DNA of 64,000 bases, taken from the NCBI GenBank assembly GCA_965227295.1, contig OZ245742.1:288001-352000 (forward strand). Reading direction: 5' to 3'. Positions within the stretch are counted from its first letter, which is position 1. Every line of letters starts with the position of its first letter. The DNA is from Leptonemataceae bacterium (GTDB lineage: Bacteria; Spirochaetota; Leptospiria; Leptospirales; Leptonemataceae). This document shows positions 28,800 through 39,214 of this stretch, piece after piece. The position numbers and the translations under genes are program-made. The notes under the pieces were generated by a model. The model was not told where the DNA came from. It worked only from the letters and a program-made list of their open reading frames with translations, and searched no databases.

Positions 28800-29017
28800 G
28801 ACGGCACGCCTGTGTTAAAAATGTAAATACCATGAAACTTTCCCAACGTTAGCGAAAGTTTACAGTCAGATCCGACCACGATACCGTCTCCGGTCCAGTG
28901 ATTCCCGATGCGCAGATAAAAAAAAGCCCAAACTCGCCCTGTAAATTGCAAAAAACGAACGGCTTTCCGTAACAGCGTGCAGCCGGGACAACACGCGACA
29001 ATCCGGCGCGCCTCGTT

Positions 29018-30961
29018 TCAGTTCACGGACAACTGCGGCGCAATCTCTTCGAGCTTCTCGCGCATCTCATCGGCCTCGCGCTGGCGATTCCACATGGCGG
29101 CATATTCGCCGCCCGCGGCGATCAGCTCCGCATGATTGCCCCGCTCCACCACCCGGCCCTCGCCGAGCACCAGAATTTCATCTGCATGTACAATTGTTGA
29201 CAGGCGATGCGCAATGACCAGAGTCGTGCGATCCCGGGAGACCTCGCGTAGCGACGCCTGAATTTCTTTTTCCGTATGCGAGTCCAGGGCCGAGGTGGCC
29301 TCGTCGAACAGTAAGATGCGCGGATCTTTCAAAATAGTCCGCGCGATGGCAATGCGTTGTTTTTCGCCGCCGCTCACCTTCATGCCGCGTTCGCCGACGA
29401 CGGTGTCGTAGCCGTCCGGCAACGAGGCAATGAACTCATCGATCTTCGCCAGGCGGGCCGCGGCCTCAATCTCCGCCTGCGTCGCGCCCACCCGACCGTA
29501 GGCGATGTTGTAACCGATGGTATCGTTGAACAACACCGTATCCTGCGGAACCACGCCGATCGCCGCGCGCACGGAGGACTGCCGCACGTTGCGTACGTCG
29601 TCGCCGTCGATCAGGATGGCCCCGGAGTCCACGTCGTAGAACCGAAAGAGCAAGCGCGAGATCGTGGACTTGCCGGCGCCGCTTGGGCCCACCAGAGCGA
29701 CGGTCCGGCCCGGCTCCACCGCGAAGCTGACGTCCTTCAGGATGCGCCGATCCGCGCGGTACGAAAAGTTTACGTTGCGAAACTCCACCCGTCCGGAACC
29801 TTCCCGCAACGCCGGCGCCTCCGGATCGTCGTTCACGTCCGTGTGTACGTCCAGGAGTTCGAACATCTTGTCCATGTCCGTGAGCGATTGTTTCATTTCA
29901 CGATACACGAAACCCAGGAAGTTCAGCGGCAGGTACAGCTGAATCAAATACGTATTGATTAATACAAAATCGCCGACAGTTAAGCGGCCGCTCACAACCC
30001 CGCCGGCCGCCATGAGCATGACGATCACGAGGCCGATCCCGATGATCAGTCCCTGGCCGACGTTCAGAAAGGCCAGGCTGCCCTGGGACTGCACCGTGGC
30101 CGCCTCGTAGGATGCGAGGGCTTTGTCGTAGCGTTTGTGTTCGTGCTCCTCGGCGCCGAAGTACTTCACGGTCTCGTAGTTCAAGAGCGAGTCCACGGCC
30201 TTGGTGTTGGCCTCGGTATCGCTTTGGTTCATTTTGCGGCGAAACTTCAACCGCCACTCGGTAATAATCAACGTAAAGACGATGTAACCAACGATCGTGG
30301 TGAACGTTACGCCGGCGAAGGCGAAGTCGTAGAAATAAAGCAACACCGCCGTAACGAGCAGAATCTCGAGCAGGGTCGGCAGAATGTTAAAGAGCATGAA
30401 CATCAGCACGAAGCTGATGCCGCGCGTGCCGCGTTCGATGACGCGCGAGAGCCCGCCCGTTTGCCGATCCAGGTGAAAGGCCAACGAGAGGGCGTGCAGA
30501 TGTTGAAAGGTCTTTAACGCCACCGTACGCTGGGCGTGCTGGCCCACGTGCACGAAGATGAAGTCCCGCAGTTCATTGAAGATCTGCACCAGCACCCGGG
30601 CCCCGCCGTAGGCGATGAGGATGGCCACCGGAACGACGGCCACCCCGGCGGGCAACAGCGCGGTGATCAGCGCGTCACCTTCGATCGGCGGAGACTCCGG
30701 GCCGCCCTTCGCCGCCGACGACGCGGCACCGAGCAAATCCACGGCGGCCTTGTAGACGAACGGGGCGTAGACGTTCGCAAGCTTCGCGCAGGCGAGGAAG
30801 AACATGGCGAAAATTACCCGCACACGCAGATCCGTCCGACTCGCCGGCCAGAGATAACGTGCCAGGGTGCCGAGCGTTCGAAAATGATTCGTGTTACGCG
30901 CGTCCTGCTGGGCCTGGAACGGAGAGCGAGCGGGCGATGCAGAGGACGGAGCCATTACCAC
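29018..30961 (-). CDS. ABCB half-transporter, ATM1/HMT1-like
   Basis: FHLDRQTGGLSRVIERG, DSLLNYETVKYF, GPSGAGKST, VSGGEKQR, DEATSALD. Confidence 0.95.
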   Translation of the reverse strand: MVMAPSSASPARSPFQAQQDARNTNHFRTLGTLARYLWPASRTDLRVRVIFAMFFLACAKLANVYAPFVYKAAVDLLGAASSAAKGGPESPPIEGDALITALLPAGVAVVPVAILIAYGGARVLVQIFNELRDFIFVHVGQHAQRTVALKTFQHLHALSLAFHLDRQTGGLSRVIERGTRGISFVLMFMLFNILPTLLEILLVTAVLLYFYDFAFAGVTFTTIVGYIVFTLIITEWRLKFRRKMNQSDTEANTKAVDSLLNYETVKYFGAEEHEHKRYDKALASYEAATVQSQGSLAFLNVGQGLIIGIGLVIVMLMAAGGVVSGRLTVGDFVLINTYLIQLYLPLNFLGFVYREMKQSLTDMDKMFELLDVHTDVNDDPEAPALREGSGRVEFRNVNFSYRADRRILKDVSFAVEPGRTVALVGPSGAGKSTISRLLFRFYDVDSGAILIDGDDVRNVRQSSVRAAIGVVPQDTVLFNDTIGYNIAYGRVGATQAEIEAAARLAKIDEFIASLPDGYDTVVGERGMKVSGGEKQRIAIARTILKDPRILLFDEATSALDSHTEKEIQASLREVSRDRTTLVIAHRLSTIVHADEILVLGEGRVVERGNHAELIAAGGEYAAMWNRQREADEMREKLEEIAPQLSVN

Positions 30962-31125
30962 AGTAAGGTCATGATTCGCCGCGTGTGGAACCAGCGTTTT
31001 TTGTCAAGAAGCACGGGGCGAACGGAACGCCCGCGAACGCCCCCGTGCGGGCCTTTTGCGTTGACACCTGCCGTATCCGGGTTCTTTTTAAGAGAATCGC
31101 GGCCGTGCGCCGTCACGAGGGAACC

Positions 31126-32577
31126 ATGATCACCGAAGCCAAACACGACACCAACGAAATCGCATCGCTGGAGCTCGAACGCATCGATCGAATTTTTGAC
31201 GCACAGATTCAAAATCGATTCCACATCGCGAATACCACGGCAAAAGAGCGCATCAACAAACTCAAACGGATGCTGCGTTGGGTGGAATCCAACAAACAGA
31301 AAATCCGCGACGCCCTCACGGCGGACTTCAAGAAACCGGAGCCGGAGACGGACCTCACGGAATCTTTCTACGTCACCACCGAACTCAAGCACACCATCGC
31401 TCACCTGCGCGGCTGGATGAAACCGCAACCGGTTTCGCCGACGATGGCCTATCTCACGGCCCGCGCCGAGGTGCGCTACGAACCCAAGGGCGTGTGCCTC
31501 ATCATCGCCCCCTGGAACTTCCCGTTCAACCTGACCATCGGCCCGCTGGTGGCCGCGGTGGCCGCGGGCAACACGGTCATGCTCAAACCGTCCGAGTACA
31601 CGCCGAACACCACGCGGCTCATCAAAGGCATGATCGCCGATCTCTTTCCGGAAAACGAGGTCGCCGTCTTTGAGGGCGCCGTAGAAGTTTCTCAGGCATT
31701 GTTAAAGAAACCGTTTCATCACATCTTCTTCACCGGCTCGCCCGAGGTCGGCAAGATCGTCATGAAGGCTGCGGCCGAACACCTGGCCACCGTCACCCTC
31801 GAACTGGGCGGCAAGTCACCGGCCATCGTGGACGAAAGCGCGAACCTGGACGACGCCGCGGCGAAGATCGCCTGGGGTAAGTGGACGAACAACGGCCAGA
31901 CCTGCATCGCCCCGGACTATCTCATGGTCCACGAGAAGAAGTACGACGCTTTCATGGAGAAACTGAAAGCGAACGTGGAGAAGTCCTACGGCAAGAGCGA
32001 CGAGGACCGGCGCAACAGTCCGGACTACGGACGCATCGCCAGCGAACGACACCATGCGCGGCTCAAGTCCATGCTGGACGACAGCGTGAATGCCGGCGCC
32101 AACGTTTTTCTGGGCGGCAAGATGGATGCCGACGATCGTTACCTCGCACCGACGATCCTTACGGAGGTTCCCGCAAACGCGCCGGTGATGCAGGAAGAAA
32201 TCTTCGGACCGCTGCTACCCGTGCTTAAGATTCGCAGCATCGACGACGCGCTCATGAAAATCAACGCCGGCGAGAAACCCCTGGCGCTGTACATCTTCAG
32301 CAAGAAGAACAAGAACGTCGACCGCGTGCTGTCGAACACCAGCGCCGGCGGTACCTGCGTGAACGACGTACTCGTCCACTATCTGCATCCGAACCTGCCC
32401 TTCGGCGGCATCAACAACAGCGGTCACGGCGCATCTCACGGCTTCTTCGGATTCCGGGCGTTCTCCCACGAACGCGGCGTGCTGCGCCACTCGGCCCTCG
32501 CCCCCATGAAGATGATGTTCCCGCCGTACACCAACTTCGTGAAGAGAGTTATTTCCATTGTAACAAAGTGGATGTAA
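31126..32577 (+). CDS. Aldehyde dehydrogenase, ALDH3 (fatty aldehyde) type
   Basis: EPKGVCLIIAPWNFP, TLELGGKSP, NGQTCIAPDY, EEIFGP; GAGG RBS before 31126. Confidence 0.95.
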   Translation: MITEAKHDTNEIASLELERIDRIFDAQIQNRFHIANTTAKERINKLKRMLRWVESNKQKIRDALTADFKKPEPETDLTESFYVTTELKHTIAHLRGWMKPQPVSPTMAYLTARAEVRYEPKGVCLIIAPWNFPFNLTIGPLVAAVAAGNTVMLKPSEYTPNTTRLIKGMIADLFPENEVAVFEGAVEVSQALLKKPFHHIFFTGSPEVGKIVMKAAAEHLATVTLELGGKSPAIVDESANLDDAAAKIAWGKWTNNGQTCIAPDYLMVHEKKYDAFMEKLKANVEKSYGKSDEDRRNSPDYGRIASERHHARLKSMLDDSVNAGANVFLGGKMDADDRYLAPTILTEVPANAPVMQEEIFGPLLPVLKIRSIDDALMKINAGEKPLALYIFSKKNKNVDRVLSNTSAGGTCVNDVLVHYLHPNLPFGGINNSGHGASHGFFGFRAFSHERGVLRHSALAPMKMMFPPYTNFVKRVISIVTKWM

Positions 32578-32589
32578 GGTCGGATCAGA

Positions 32590-32646
32590 ACTCCGAGGAC
32601 CGAGGAAAGATGGGAAGAAAAAACTCGGCACCTCGGTCCTCGGAGT
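32590..32646. repeat. Family B short element with 16-bp perfect inverted repeats
   Basis: ACTCCGAGGACCGAGG (32590-32605) and CCTCGGTCCTCGGAGT (32631-32646). Confidence 0.8.
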
Positions 32647-32659
32647 CAAAAAATCAAAC

Positions 32660-33025
32660 ATGCAACCGCCCCCGGAACACGACAAACCCGCCGCGCCCGG
32701 TATTCACATCGGATTCGAAGGCCAGGTGAACATCTATCACGTCGTCGCGCCGGACGACGACTTCGGTACCGCGGCGAATGCCGTCTTCGATATGTTGAAG
32801 CGCGCTCAGGCGGAACATCCGGACCAGCGCCGCGTCCTCTACGTCGACATCGAAGGCCACACGGGATCATCCTCCGGATTCGAGCCGGACTTCTTCGAGT
32901 TTCAACAGGAATTCCTGCAGGGATTCCTGGGACCGTTCTTCAGCGCGCTGGATATGCCGCTTCAGTCCGTCTTTAATCCGAATCCGCAACGCAACGATGT
33001 CCCCGATTTGATCGACATAAAATAA
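32660..33025 (+). CDS. Hypothetical protein
   Basis: 121-aa ORF with host-like codon usage; GGAG upstream is supplied by the repeat end. Confidence 0.7.
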   Translation: MQPPPEHDKPAAPGIHIGFEGQVNIYHVVAPDDDFGTAANAVFDMLKRAQAEHPDQRRVLYVDIEGHTGSSSGFEPDFFEFQQEFLQGFLGPFFSALDMPLQSVFNPNPQRNDVPDLIDIK

Positions 33026-33098
33026 TCCTCAAAAATCCGGCATAGGTCTAAAAAATGTTGGACTCGATCTGACAATCGGTGTAAATTCCAGCCCAATC

Positions 33099-33269
33099 AT
33101 GAACTCGCGCCCCGAGGAAACCTCTACTGTCGTTCCCTCCGCAATCGACGCGGCGTGGGATCATGAAATCACCCGGCGCGTCCGTGAAGTCGAAGCAGGT
33201 TCGGCAATCATCCACGATCTGGATGATGTGTTGAGTGAGCTTCGTTCTGAAGCGGATGCTCGCGGTTAA
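33099..33269 (+). CDS. Putative addiction-module antitoxin (short)
   Basis: 56 aa, below the track cutoff: MNSRPEETSTVVPSAIDAAWDHEITRRVREVEAGSAIIHDLDDVLSELRSEADARG; W..EI.RR...G pattern; overlaps the toxin start. Confidence 0.75.
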   Translation: MNSRPEETSTVVPSAIDAAWDHEITRRVREVEAGSAIIHDLDDVLSELRSEADARG

Positions 33270-33558
33270 GCTCCACGACGAAGCCAAACAGGAATTGCGC
33301 GAAGTCGCCGCCTATTACCGGGCGAAGAGCCCGCGACTGGAACGCGCGTTCCTCTCCGAATTCCAGCAGGCCTGCAATGATCTCCGCCGCTTTCCGCTCA
33401 GCCGCCCGCGCGGCACTGCTGGAACTCGCAAGTCGGTTCTGCGTAGCTTTCCCTATAACATAATCTATCTGCTACAGCCGATGCGCATCGTGATTATCGC
33501 CGTCGCTCACCAGAAACGCCGCCCCGGATACTGGCTTGAACGCGCGGATTTTAGATGA
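33256..33558 (+). CDS. RelE/ParE-family type II toxin
   Basis: EAKQELREVAAYY, FPYNIIY, IIAVAHQKRRPGYW. Confidence 0.9.
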   Translation: MLAVKLHDEAKQELREVAAYYRAKSPRLERAFLSEFQQACNDLRRFPLSRPRGTAGTRKSVLRSFPYNIIYLLQPMRIVIIAVAHQKRRPGYWLERADFR

Positions 33559-33664
33559 CCACACAATACGCGAAGTGAGCGCAACCACGGTCATCGACGA
33601 GGTTCGCGGCCCGTACTCTAAGCTACGTTACAACGAGGTTTTCGCTAACAGGCTCCCGTTACTT

Positions 33665-36600
33665 TTACTCTGCGGGCAACAGGAGCCGCAACTGATCACG
33701 CTGTTCAGTCTGGATTTCGACGTTGCCCTCTACCTCGTCTATTGTAGCTTGTACTCCAGATGCCTCATATCGCCACTTATTGAGACTGGTCTTGGGGATT
33801 TGGCGAGTGCGGCCGTTTATCATAACCGTAATATTGGGTCCGACTTGTGAAGTGGAAGGCGCAACAAGAAAACCCCCGTCCTTAAAGTCCAATGTTACCG
33901 TACGCGGGCCAGCCCCATCCTGATTATTCCGCAGATACTCGAGATCGCGGTTGGATTCGGAAATCTGTGCATTTAATTGAACCATCGCCTGCCGAATCCT
34001 CACAGCCTGATTAGTCCGAAACCTTTCTTCCTGCGCTCTCAAATTCGTCACAGCCTCTCTCATGCCATCCCGGTCACCGCTGCGTGCGGCGCGTTCGAGA
34101 TCCGCCAGAGAATTGCGACTGCCATTGAGGTATTGACGCAGACCGCGCTGAAGTTCCGGAAATTGGTCGATCCCGTCCGCCAGGTCATCCAGAGAATCAA
34201 ACCGCCGATTCATGTTCTCCGTGTAACGCTGGACCTTCGCCAACTCCTGGGCATCGTAGTGGTTCGTCAGCAGAGTCTCGGCCGGCTCGCAAAGATCCTT
34301 GTTTTCGTATCCGCCACCGAGGCAAACCACGTGTTTCTGTTTGGCCGCGTCCCACTCAATTTGATAAGGCGGCTGAGCCGAACTTCGATCCAGGCTCTCC
34401 GGCCACTCCCCTTTCTTTTTCAGCAGTTCACGATAAGCCTCGAAGGCAACGGCCCTTTTACCCGGATCGTCCAAATCCGCATACCCGAACGACGTCCGCT
34501 CTTCATACTCCTCATCACTCATCAAGTCATCCAGAGTAACCGGCCCGTCGTCGGCAATCTCCGGCGCCTCCCGGGTCGTCACTCCGGTCTCCCCGTCTTT
34601 CGCCGGTTGCTTATCATCTCCACCGCCGCCGAAGAACCATTCCCAGAGTCCGCCGCCGCCTTCGCCGACCTCACCGCGGGACACCCCGTCCCCGCCGATC
34701 GAACCCGCGGGTTCTTCCGGAACCGCCGGTGTTTCGAACAATTCCGTAAAGTCCTCGCCTAACTGCTCCGTAGCATCACCTAAGACCGCGCCCACGTCGT
34801 CGATCTTGCCGATGGGCGACTCCTCCGAAAGCGGCGGGTCTTCGCCCCAACGCCGCGGATTGCCGGCCCAGTCGCGCAGATTGTTCCATTGATCGCCCAC
34901 CGCTTCGAGAAACGGACTGCGCGCCCGACCGCGGTCGATGTCCAGCAGCTCGCGTCCGGCCCCCGTCACCGTACCGGTAAAACCGTTCTCGGTATCGAAG
35001 CCGCCGCCGAAGTCCAGGCCGCCGTAGCTGCCGTCGAAGTTCGTGCCGATTTTGTTGCCGTCTATGTTCAGAGGAATACCGGCGCCGTTCACCGAACCGG
35101 TAAAACCGCCGCCCATAAAATCAAACGTACCGTCGATGCCGTAACCGGAACCGCCGATGTCGGCCAGGTCTACACCGAACTCCCGGCCTAACTGCTGTAC
35201 ATCGCCGGTTAAGCTGATGCCGTCCGGACCGAAAGAACCGTTGAGACCGTAGCCGGAGCCTTCAACGGAAAAGCCGTCCCTGGAATTATAACCCGGCCGA
35301 AAGGTCGCTCCGCCGACGTTGATCGGATTCAGTCCGATCGTAAGGCCGTCTTCGCCGCTGTAACTGATGTCGCCGTACTCCGAGGAAACGCCGAGGCTCA
35401 AACCCTCGCCGCTGCGATAGCCGATCTTCGGATCCAGTTCTTCGGGAATCGGTAGATCAAAACCCAGGGCCCCGGCCAGACTGCCCACGCTTACGCCGAC
35501 GCCCCAATCGCCGTTCGCATAATCCACCTCGACCCCGTAGCCGCCGAGAGAACCGGAAAGACCGTTGTGTTCGTCGTACTGCATGCCCAGCTCGAAGCCG
35601 CCGTATCCCGCGCTTAAATCTCCGGAGAAACCGTTCTCTTCATCGTATCGTAGATTCAGGCCGCCGCTCAGCCCGCCGGATTCACCGCTCACGTTCAACT
35701 CGCCGGACAGTCCGCTTTCACGATCGTAGTTCACGTTCAGCCAATCGCTCTCGAACGAACCGCTGAGACCCTCGCTTTCGTTGTAACTGATGCCCAGATC
35801 ACCGTAGCCGCCGCTCCAGCCGAGTTCCGCACCGAAGCCGTTTTCCGTATTGTACGAGATTCCGGCGTTCATGCCGCCCTGACTGTAGCCGAGGCCGACG
35901 GTCGAGCCGCCGTGTTCGGTATGCGCGAACGAAAGTCCGCCGCCGCCGAAGCCGACACCGACCGAAGCACCGAAGCCGTCCTTCGGATCATAGGACAGGC
36001 CGACGTTCACCGCCCCGCCGGTGAGTCCGGACACGTAGGTATTCGCAATAGAACCCACGGCGCTGACCAACATGCCCTGCAAGCCGCCCTCGGATTGCAA
36101 CGCGCCGTTCACGGCGCCGGCAATGGCCATGGACGCGCCGCCGGTAAACGGCGCGGCGATCACACCCACCGCGGTAATCGCGCCGGTAACCGCTCCCATG
36201 CGCTTCGCCTTCGCGGCAGCCTTCTTCGCGTCCTGATGCGCCATGAACATGGACGCGAAACCGGGCGGTAAACCAAGGGCCTCGTCGATAGCCGACATGA
36301 TCTGGCCTTTCACGTACTGTTTCGCCGCGTCCGCCGGATCGGCGCCGCCGAGTACCGCGCTAACAAACGACGGCGGCAAGTTAAGAGCCTGACCGATGGC
36401 GGCGGAGACCTGGCCCTGCACGTGGCTCTGGATCGCCTCGGCGAGACTCGAACCCTTGAGCATGCTCTCCGCGAGTTTCTTCAACAACTTCGCGGTGGCG
36501 ACCTTCTGCGTGACGTCGTCCTGGAACATCCGCTCGCGTTCGCGAGCCGCCTCGTTCGCCGCCGTAAGTTGATCCCGCACCGACTGCATCTTGTCGCCCA

Positions 36601-39109
36601 GATACGATTGGTACTCCGTATACGATTCGCCGACCTGCGCGCCGAGGTCCGCATAGTCCCAGTTCGTGAAGATGTCTTCACCGCCCACCAGACGCACGGC
36701 ATCCGGCGGCAGGATCGTCACTGCCTGCTCCGTCATTACACGATCGTAACTATCGCGCTCGGTAGCGTCGCCGCCGTTGCCCACGGCCACCCCCGAACCG
36801 ATTTTGCGTTTCATGGTAACGCGGCCCTGTTCATCGACGACGACCTCGAAGCTGTCGTCCGTGTGCCGCTTGCGTTCCTCGGCGAGCTTACGCTGGAGAT
36901 CCTCGCGCAGTCGATCGTACTCGGCCTGATCGTACGCCTCGTAAAACTCCGTCTCGCCGACGTCCTCACCGCTCTCCGCGGCTTCTTTCAATCGCCCGAG
37001 TTCGGCCAGGCGATCTTCTTCTTCGAAACGAGCGCGATTCGTTAAAAAAGAAATCTCCCCGTTCTGGGCCCGCACCTGCTCCGCGATCTGACCGATGGCG
37101 TCGTTGCGCGCGTCTACGGCGCGCTCGTGCTGCGCGCTGGCGTAGCTGAGGTTCTTTACGCCGGTCGTCGCCCGCTGAAACTCGCCCAGGAGATTCTCCA
37201 GCACGGAAGCGTCGACCCCGCCGCCTTCACGGTTAAAGTCCGTTGAGATATTGTTAAGTCGGCCGCGCGCGTCGTCCAGATGCGCCCGCGCAGCGCTTTG
37301 TGAAATGCCGGATGTGATGAGGTGATCGTGAATGCGGTCTAATGTTCGTTCACTGCGTCTTTGTAGTTCTCGCGCAATGTCGCGGGCCCGGGCGGCGGCT
37401 TCCGGGTCCCCGCTGGCTTCCGCTTCCGCCGCGGCCTTCTGTAGCGCCGACCACTGCGCCTGCCCGCGCCGACGGATCTGATGCATATACGCGCTGTAAG
37501 CATTGCGCCGGGCCACGAGTTCGTCGCGGCCGGCTTCGAACGCGGCCTTCGCGGAACTGCGCACCGCCGCCGCCTCGGCCTGAAAGTTTGCATAGTTTTC
37601 TTCGTAGGCCGCCTTCTGCGCTTCCCAGGTCTCAATCGCGCCGAGCAGATTATTGCGCCAGTTCAACGCAATCGGCGAAAGCGCGTCGACGTAAGCCTGG
37701 TGCGTCTCTTCGTTCTCTTCCGCGGTTTCATCGAACCAGGTGAGACTCCCGCTGAAGTTCAGGTTCTGTTCCGCCCAGCCGTCCGGGCGAGGCGAAAGCA
37801 AATTGTGAAAACATCCGCCGACACCGAAGGCACCGATGCACGGCGCCGCATCGAAGGTGAAGGCGCCGTTTCCGGCGCTGCTGTAACATTCTCCCGTGCG
37901 TGACGGCCCGAGCTGGAAGACCGCGACCTGGTAGTGTCCGCCGGAACTGGAGCCGCACATATCCACCGAGCCGTTGACTTCAGTGAACGTCTTGCCCTTG
38001 AGACTCGACATGGTGGAGAGAAAGGCGTCCTCGTCCCCGGTATCCATGAATACGGCGATGGCATTCACGACGTCGTTCGACGCACGCCAGTCGATGGCGT
38101 GGTTGTCGCCCACCGCCTGGGCCAGGTCCGTAAAGGATTCCGTGCCGGTCTTCGTGGTCGTGTAGTGATCGACGATCTGCTCTTCTTCGAGGACCTTCGC
38201 TTCCAGTTCCGTGGTCATCGTCAGCACGAGGTCCGCGAGCGGCACACCGTTCGTCAGGTCCTGCTTGAGCTGATCCACGAATTCCTGAAAGTCTTCGCCG
38301 GATTCGTTGTACACCCCGGGAGAGTCGTAGAACATCCCGTTCGATTGCAGGAGGCCTTCCATGCCCGCCACGGCCGTGGCGATGGCATCGCGCACAGCCT
38401 GCTCGTAGGCTTCGATCTCCGCGAGGGTCCCCTGGAATTCGTCTTCTTTGTTCTGGAGTTCCGTGAGGGTTGCGAGGTAATCGTTTTCAAGATTCTGGAG
38501 GGCCGCCCCGAGTTCGGCCGAGGCGCGGTTCGCTTCCTCCTGGATCTTCTGTTCCCAGCGCGCGTAAGCTTCGTCGACATCTCCTCCCGACGACGTCGGC
38601 GGGGCGTGGTTGCCCGCCGAGGAAGCCGGATCCCTGGCCGTAAGAAACGCGGAGCGTTCTTTGGCAATGGCGGCCAGCGCGGACTGTTCCCAGGCGGCCT
38701 GGGCCTCCGCTTTCTGGATCTCCAGTTGGCCGCGCAGGTACTCACGATACTCGTCCTGACTGTGAAACGCGTCGCCGGCAGTGACGCTGCCGACTTCCGA
38801 TTCGATCAACGCGTCGACCTGGCTCTCCCATTCGGCCGAGATGGTGTATACGCCGGCAGCGATGATGGACTGCCACTGGGTCGTGGAGGAGGTGCCTTCC
38901 GCCTCACGAAAGTAGGGGGTAAGATTCGACTCCTGGAATTCCGGCGTGGCGAGGTCGGGGACCGGGATCGGCTGTGCCTGAACCGGTGTGACCGGCACCG
39001 CGCTGGTGACCGCGAAAGTTACGACAGCAAGCCAGGAGATCGCCTGGCGTTTTCTTCGGGCAAAACCGGCCCCGAAGAGATTGAGTTCTCTGAACGAATC
39101 CATACACAC
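33665..39109 (-). CDS. Giant secreted protein resembling the Leptospira TIGR04388 'large structural protein' family
   Basis: 1814 aa; signal peptide, coiled-coil N-half, TM-like Gly/Ala hairpin (AAPFTGGAS), many SYxxxxG beta-repeats, divergent C-terminus; family call is from recall, not a search. Confidence 0.7.
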   Translation of the reverse strand: MCMDSFRELNLFGAGFARRKRQAISWLAVVTFAVTSAVPVTPVQAQPIPVPDLATPEFQESNLTPYFREAEGTSSTTQWQSIIAAGVYTISAEWESQVDALIESEVGSVTAGDAFHSQDEYREYLRGQLEIQKAEAQAAWEQSALAAIAKERSAFLTARDPASSAGNHAPPTSSGGDVDEAYARWEQKIQEEANRASAELGAALQNLENDYLATLTELQNKEDEFQGTLAEIEAYEQAVRDAIATAVAGMEGLLQSNGMFYDSPGVYNESGEDFQEFVDQLKQDLTNGVPLADLVLTMTTELEAKVLEEEQIVDHYTTTKTGTESFTDLAQAVGDNHAIDWRASNDVVNAIAVFMDTGDEDAFLSTMSSLKGKTFTEVNGSVDMCGSSSGGHYQVAVFQLGPSRTGECYSSAGNGAFTFDAAPCIGAFGVGGCFHNLLSPRPDGWAEQNLNFSGSLTWFDETAEENEETHQAYVDALSPIALNWRNNLLGAIETWEAQKAAYEENYANFQAEAAAVRSSAKAAFEAGRDELVARRNAYSAYMHQIRRRGQAQWSALQKAAAEAEASGDPEAAARARDIARELQRRSERTLDRIHDHLITSGISQSAARAHLDDARGRLNNISTDFNREGGGVDASVLENLLGEFQRATTGVKNLSYASAQHERAVDARNDAIGQIAEQVRAQNGEISFLTNRARFEEEDRLAELGRLKEAAESGEDVGETEFYEAYDQAEYDRLREDLQRKLAEERKRHTDDSFEVVVDEQGRVTMKRKIGSGVAVGNGGDATERDSYDRVMTEQAVTILPPDAVRLVGGEDIFTNWDYADLGAQVGESYTEYQSYLGDKMQSVRDQLTAANEAARERERMFQDDVTQKVATAKLLKKLAESMLKGSSLAEAIQSHVQGQVSAAIGQALNLPPSFVSAVLGGADPADAAKQYVKGQIMSAIDEALGLPPGFASMFMAHQDAKKAAAKAKRMGAVTGAITAVGVIAAPFTGGASMAIAGAVNGALQSEGGLQGMLVSAVGSIANTYVSGLTGGAVNVGLSYDPKDGFGASVGVGFGGGGLSFAHTEHGGSTVGLGYSQGGMNAGISYNTENGFGAELGWSGGYGDLGISYNESEGLSGSFESDWLNVNYDRESGLSGELNVSGESGGLSGGLNLRYDEENGFSGDLSAGYGGFELGMQYDEHNGLSGSLGGYGVEVDYANGDWGVGVSVGSLAGALGFDLPIPEELDPKIGYRSGEGLSLGVSSEYGDISYSGEDGLTIGLNPINVGGATFRPGYNSRDGFSVEGSGYGLNGSFGPDGISLTGDVQQLGREFGVDLADIGGSGYGIDGTFDFMGGGFTGSVNGAGIPLNIDGNKIGTNFDGSYGGLDFGGGFDTENGFTGTVTGAGRELLDIDRGRARSPFLEAVGDQWNNLRDWAGNPRRWGEDPPLSEESPIGKIDDVGAVLGDATEQLGEDFTELFETPAVPEEPAGSIGGDGVSRGEVGEGGGGLWEWFFGGGGDDKQPAKDGETGVTTREAPEIADDGPVTLDDLMSDEEYEERTSFGYADLDDPGKRAVAFEAYRELLKKKGEWPESLDRSSAQPPYQIEWDAAKQKHVVCLGGGYENKDLCEPAETLLTNHYDAQELAKVQRYTENMNRRFDSLDDLADGIDQFPELQRGLRQYLNGSRNSLADLERAARSGDRDGMREAVTNLRAQEERFRTNQAVRIRQAMVQLNAQISESNRDLEYLRNNQDGAGPRTVTLDFKDGGFLVAPSTSQVGPNITVMINGRTRQIPKTSLNKWRYEASGVQATIDEVEGNVEIQTEQRDQLRLLLPAE

Positions 39110-39214
39110 TTCCTGCGCGCTTGCGAAAAGGCCTTCGGCATATGGATGGCTCCCTCAACCTTCCGGCAATTCAAAGCCGTGATCGCAAACGCTACTGCCC
39201 ACCCGGCGGAATGC

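Noticed and set aside
37800-37815. 'CFHN' in the giant protein as an intein remnant
   Set aside because: Splicing would remove both intein ends and there is no Hint-domain body; most likely coincidence
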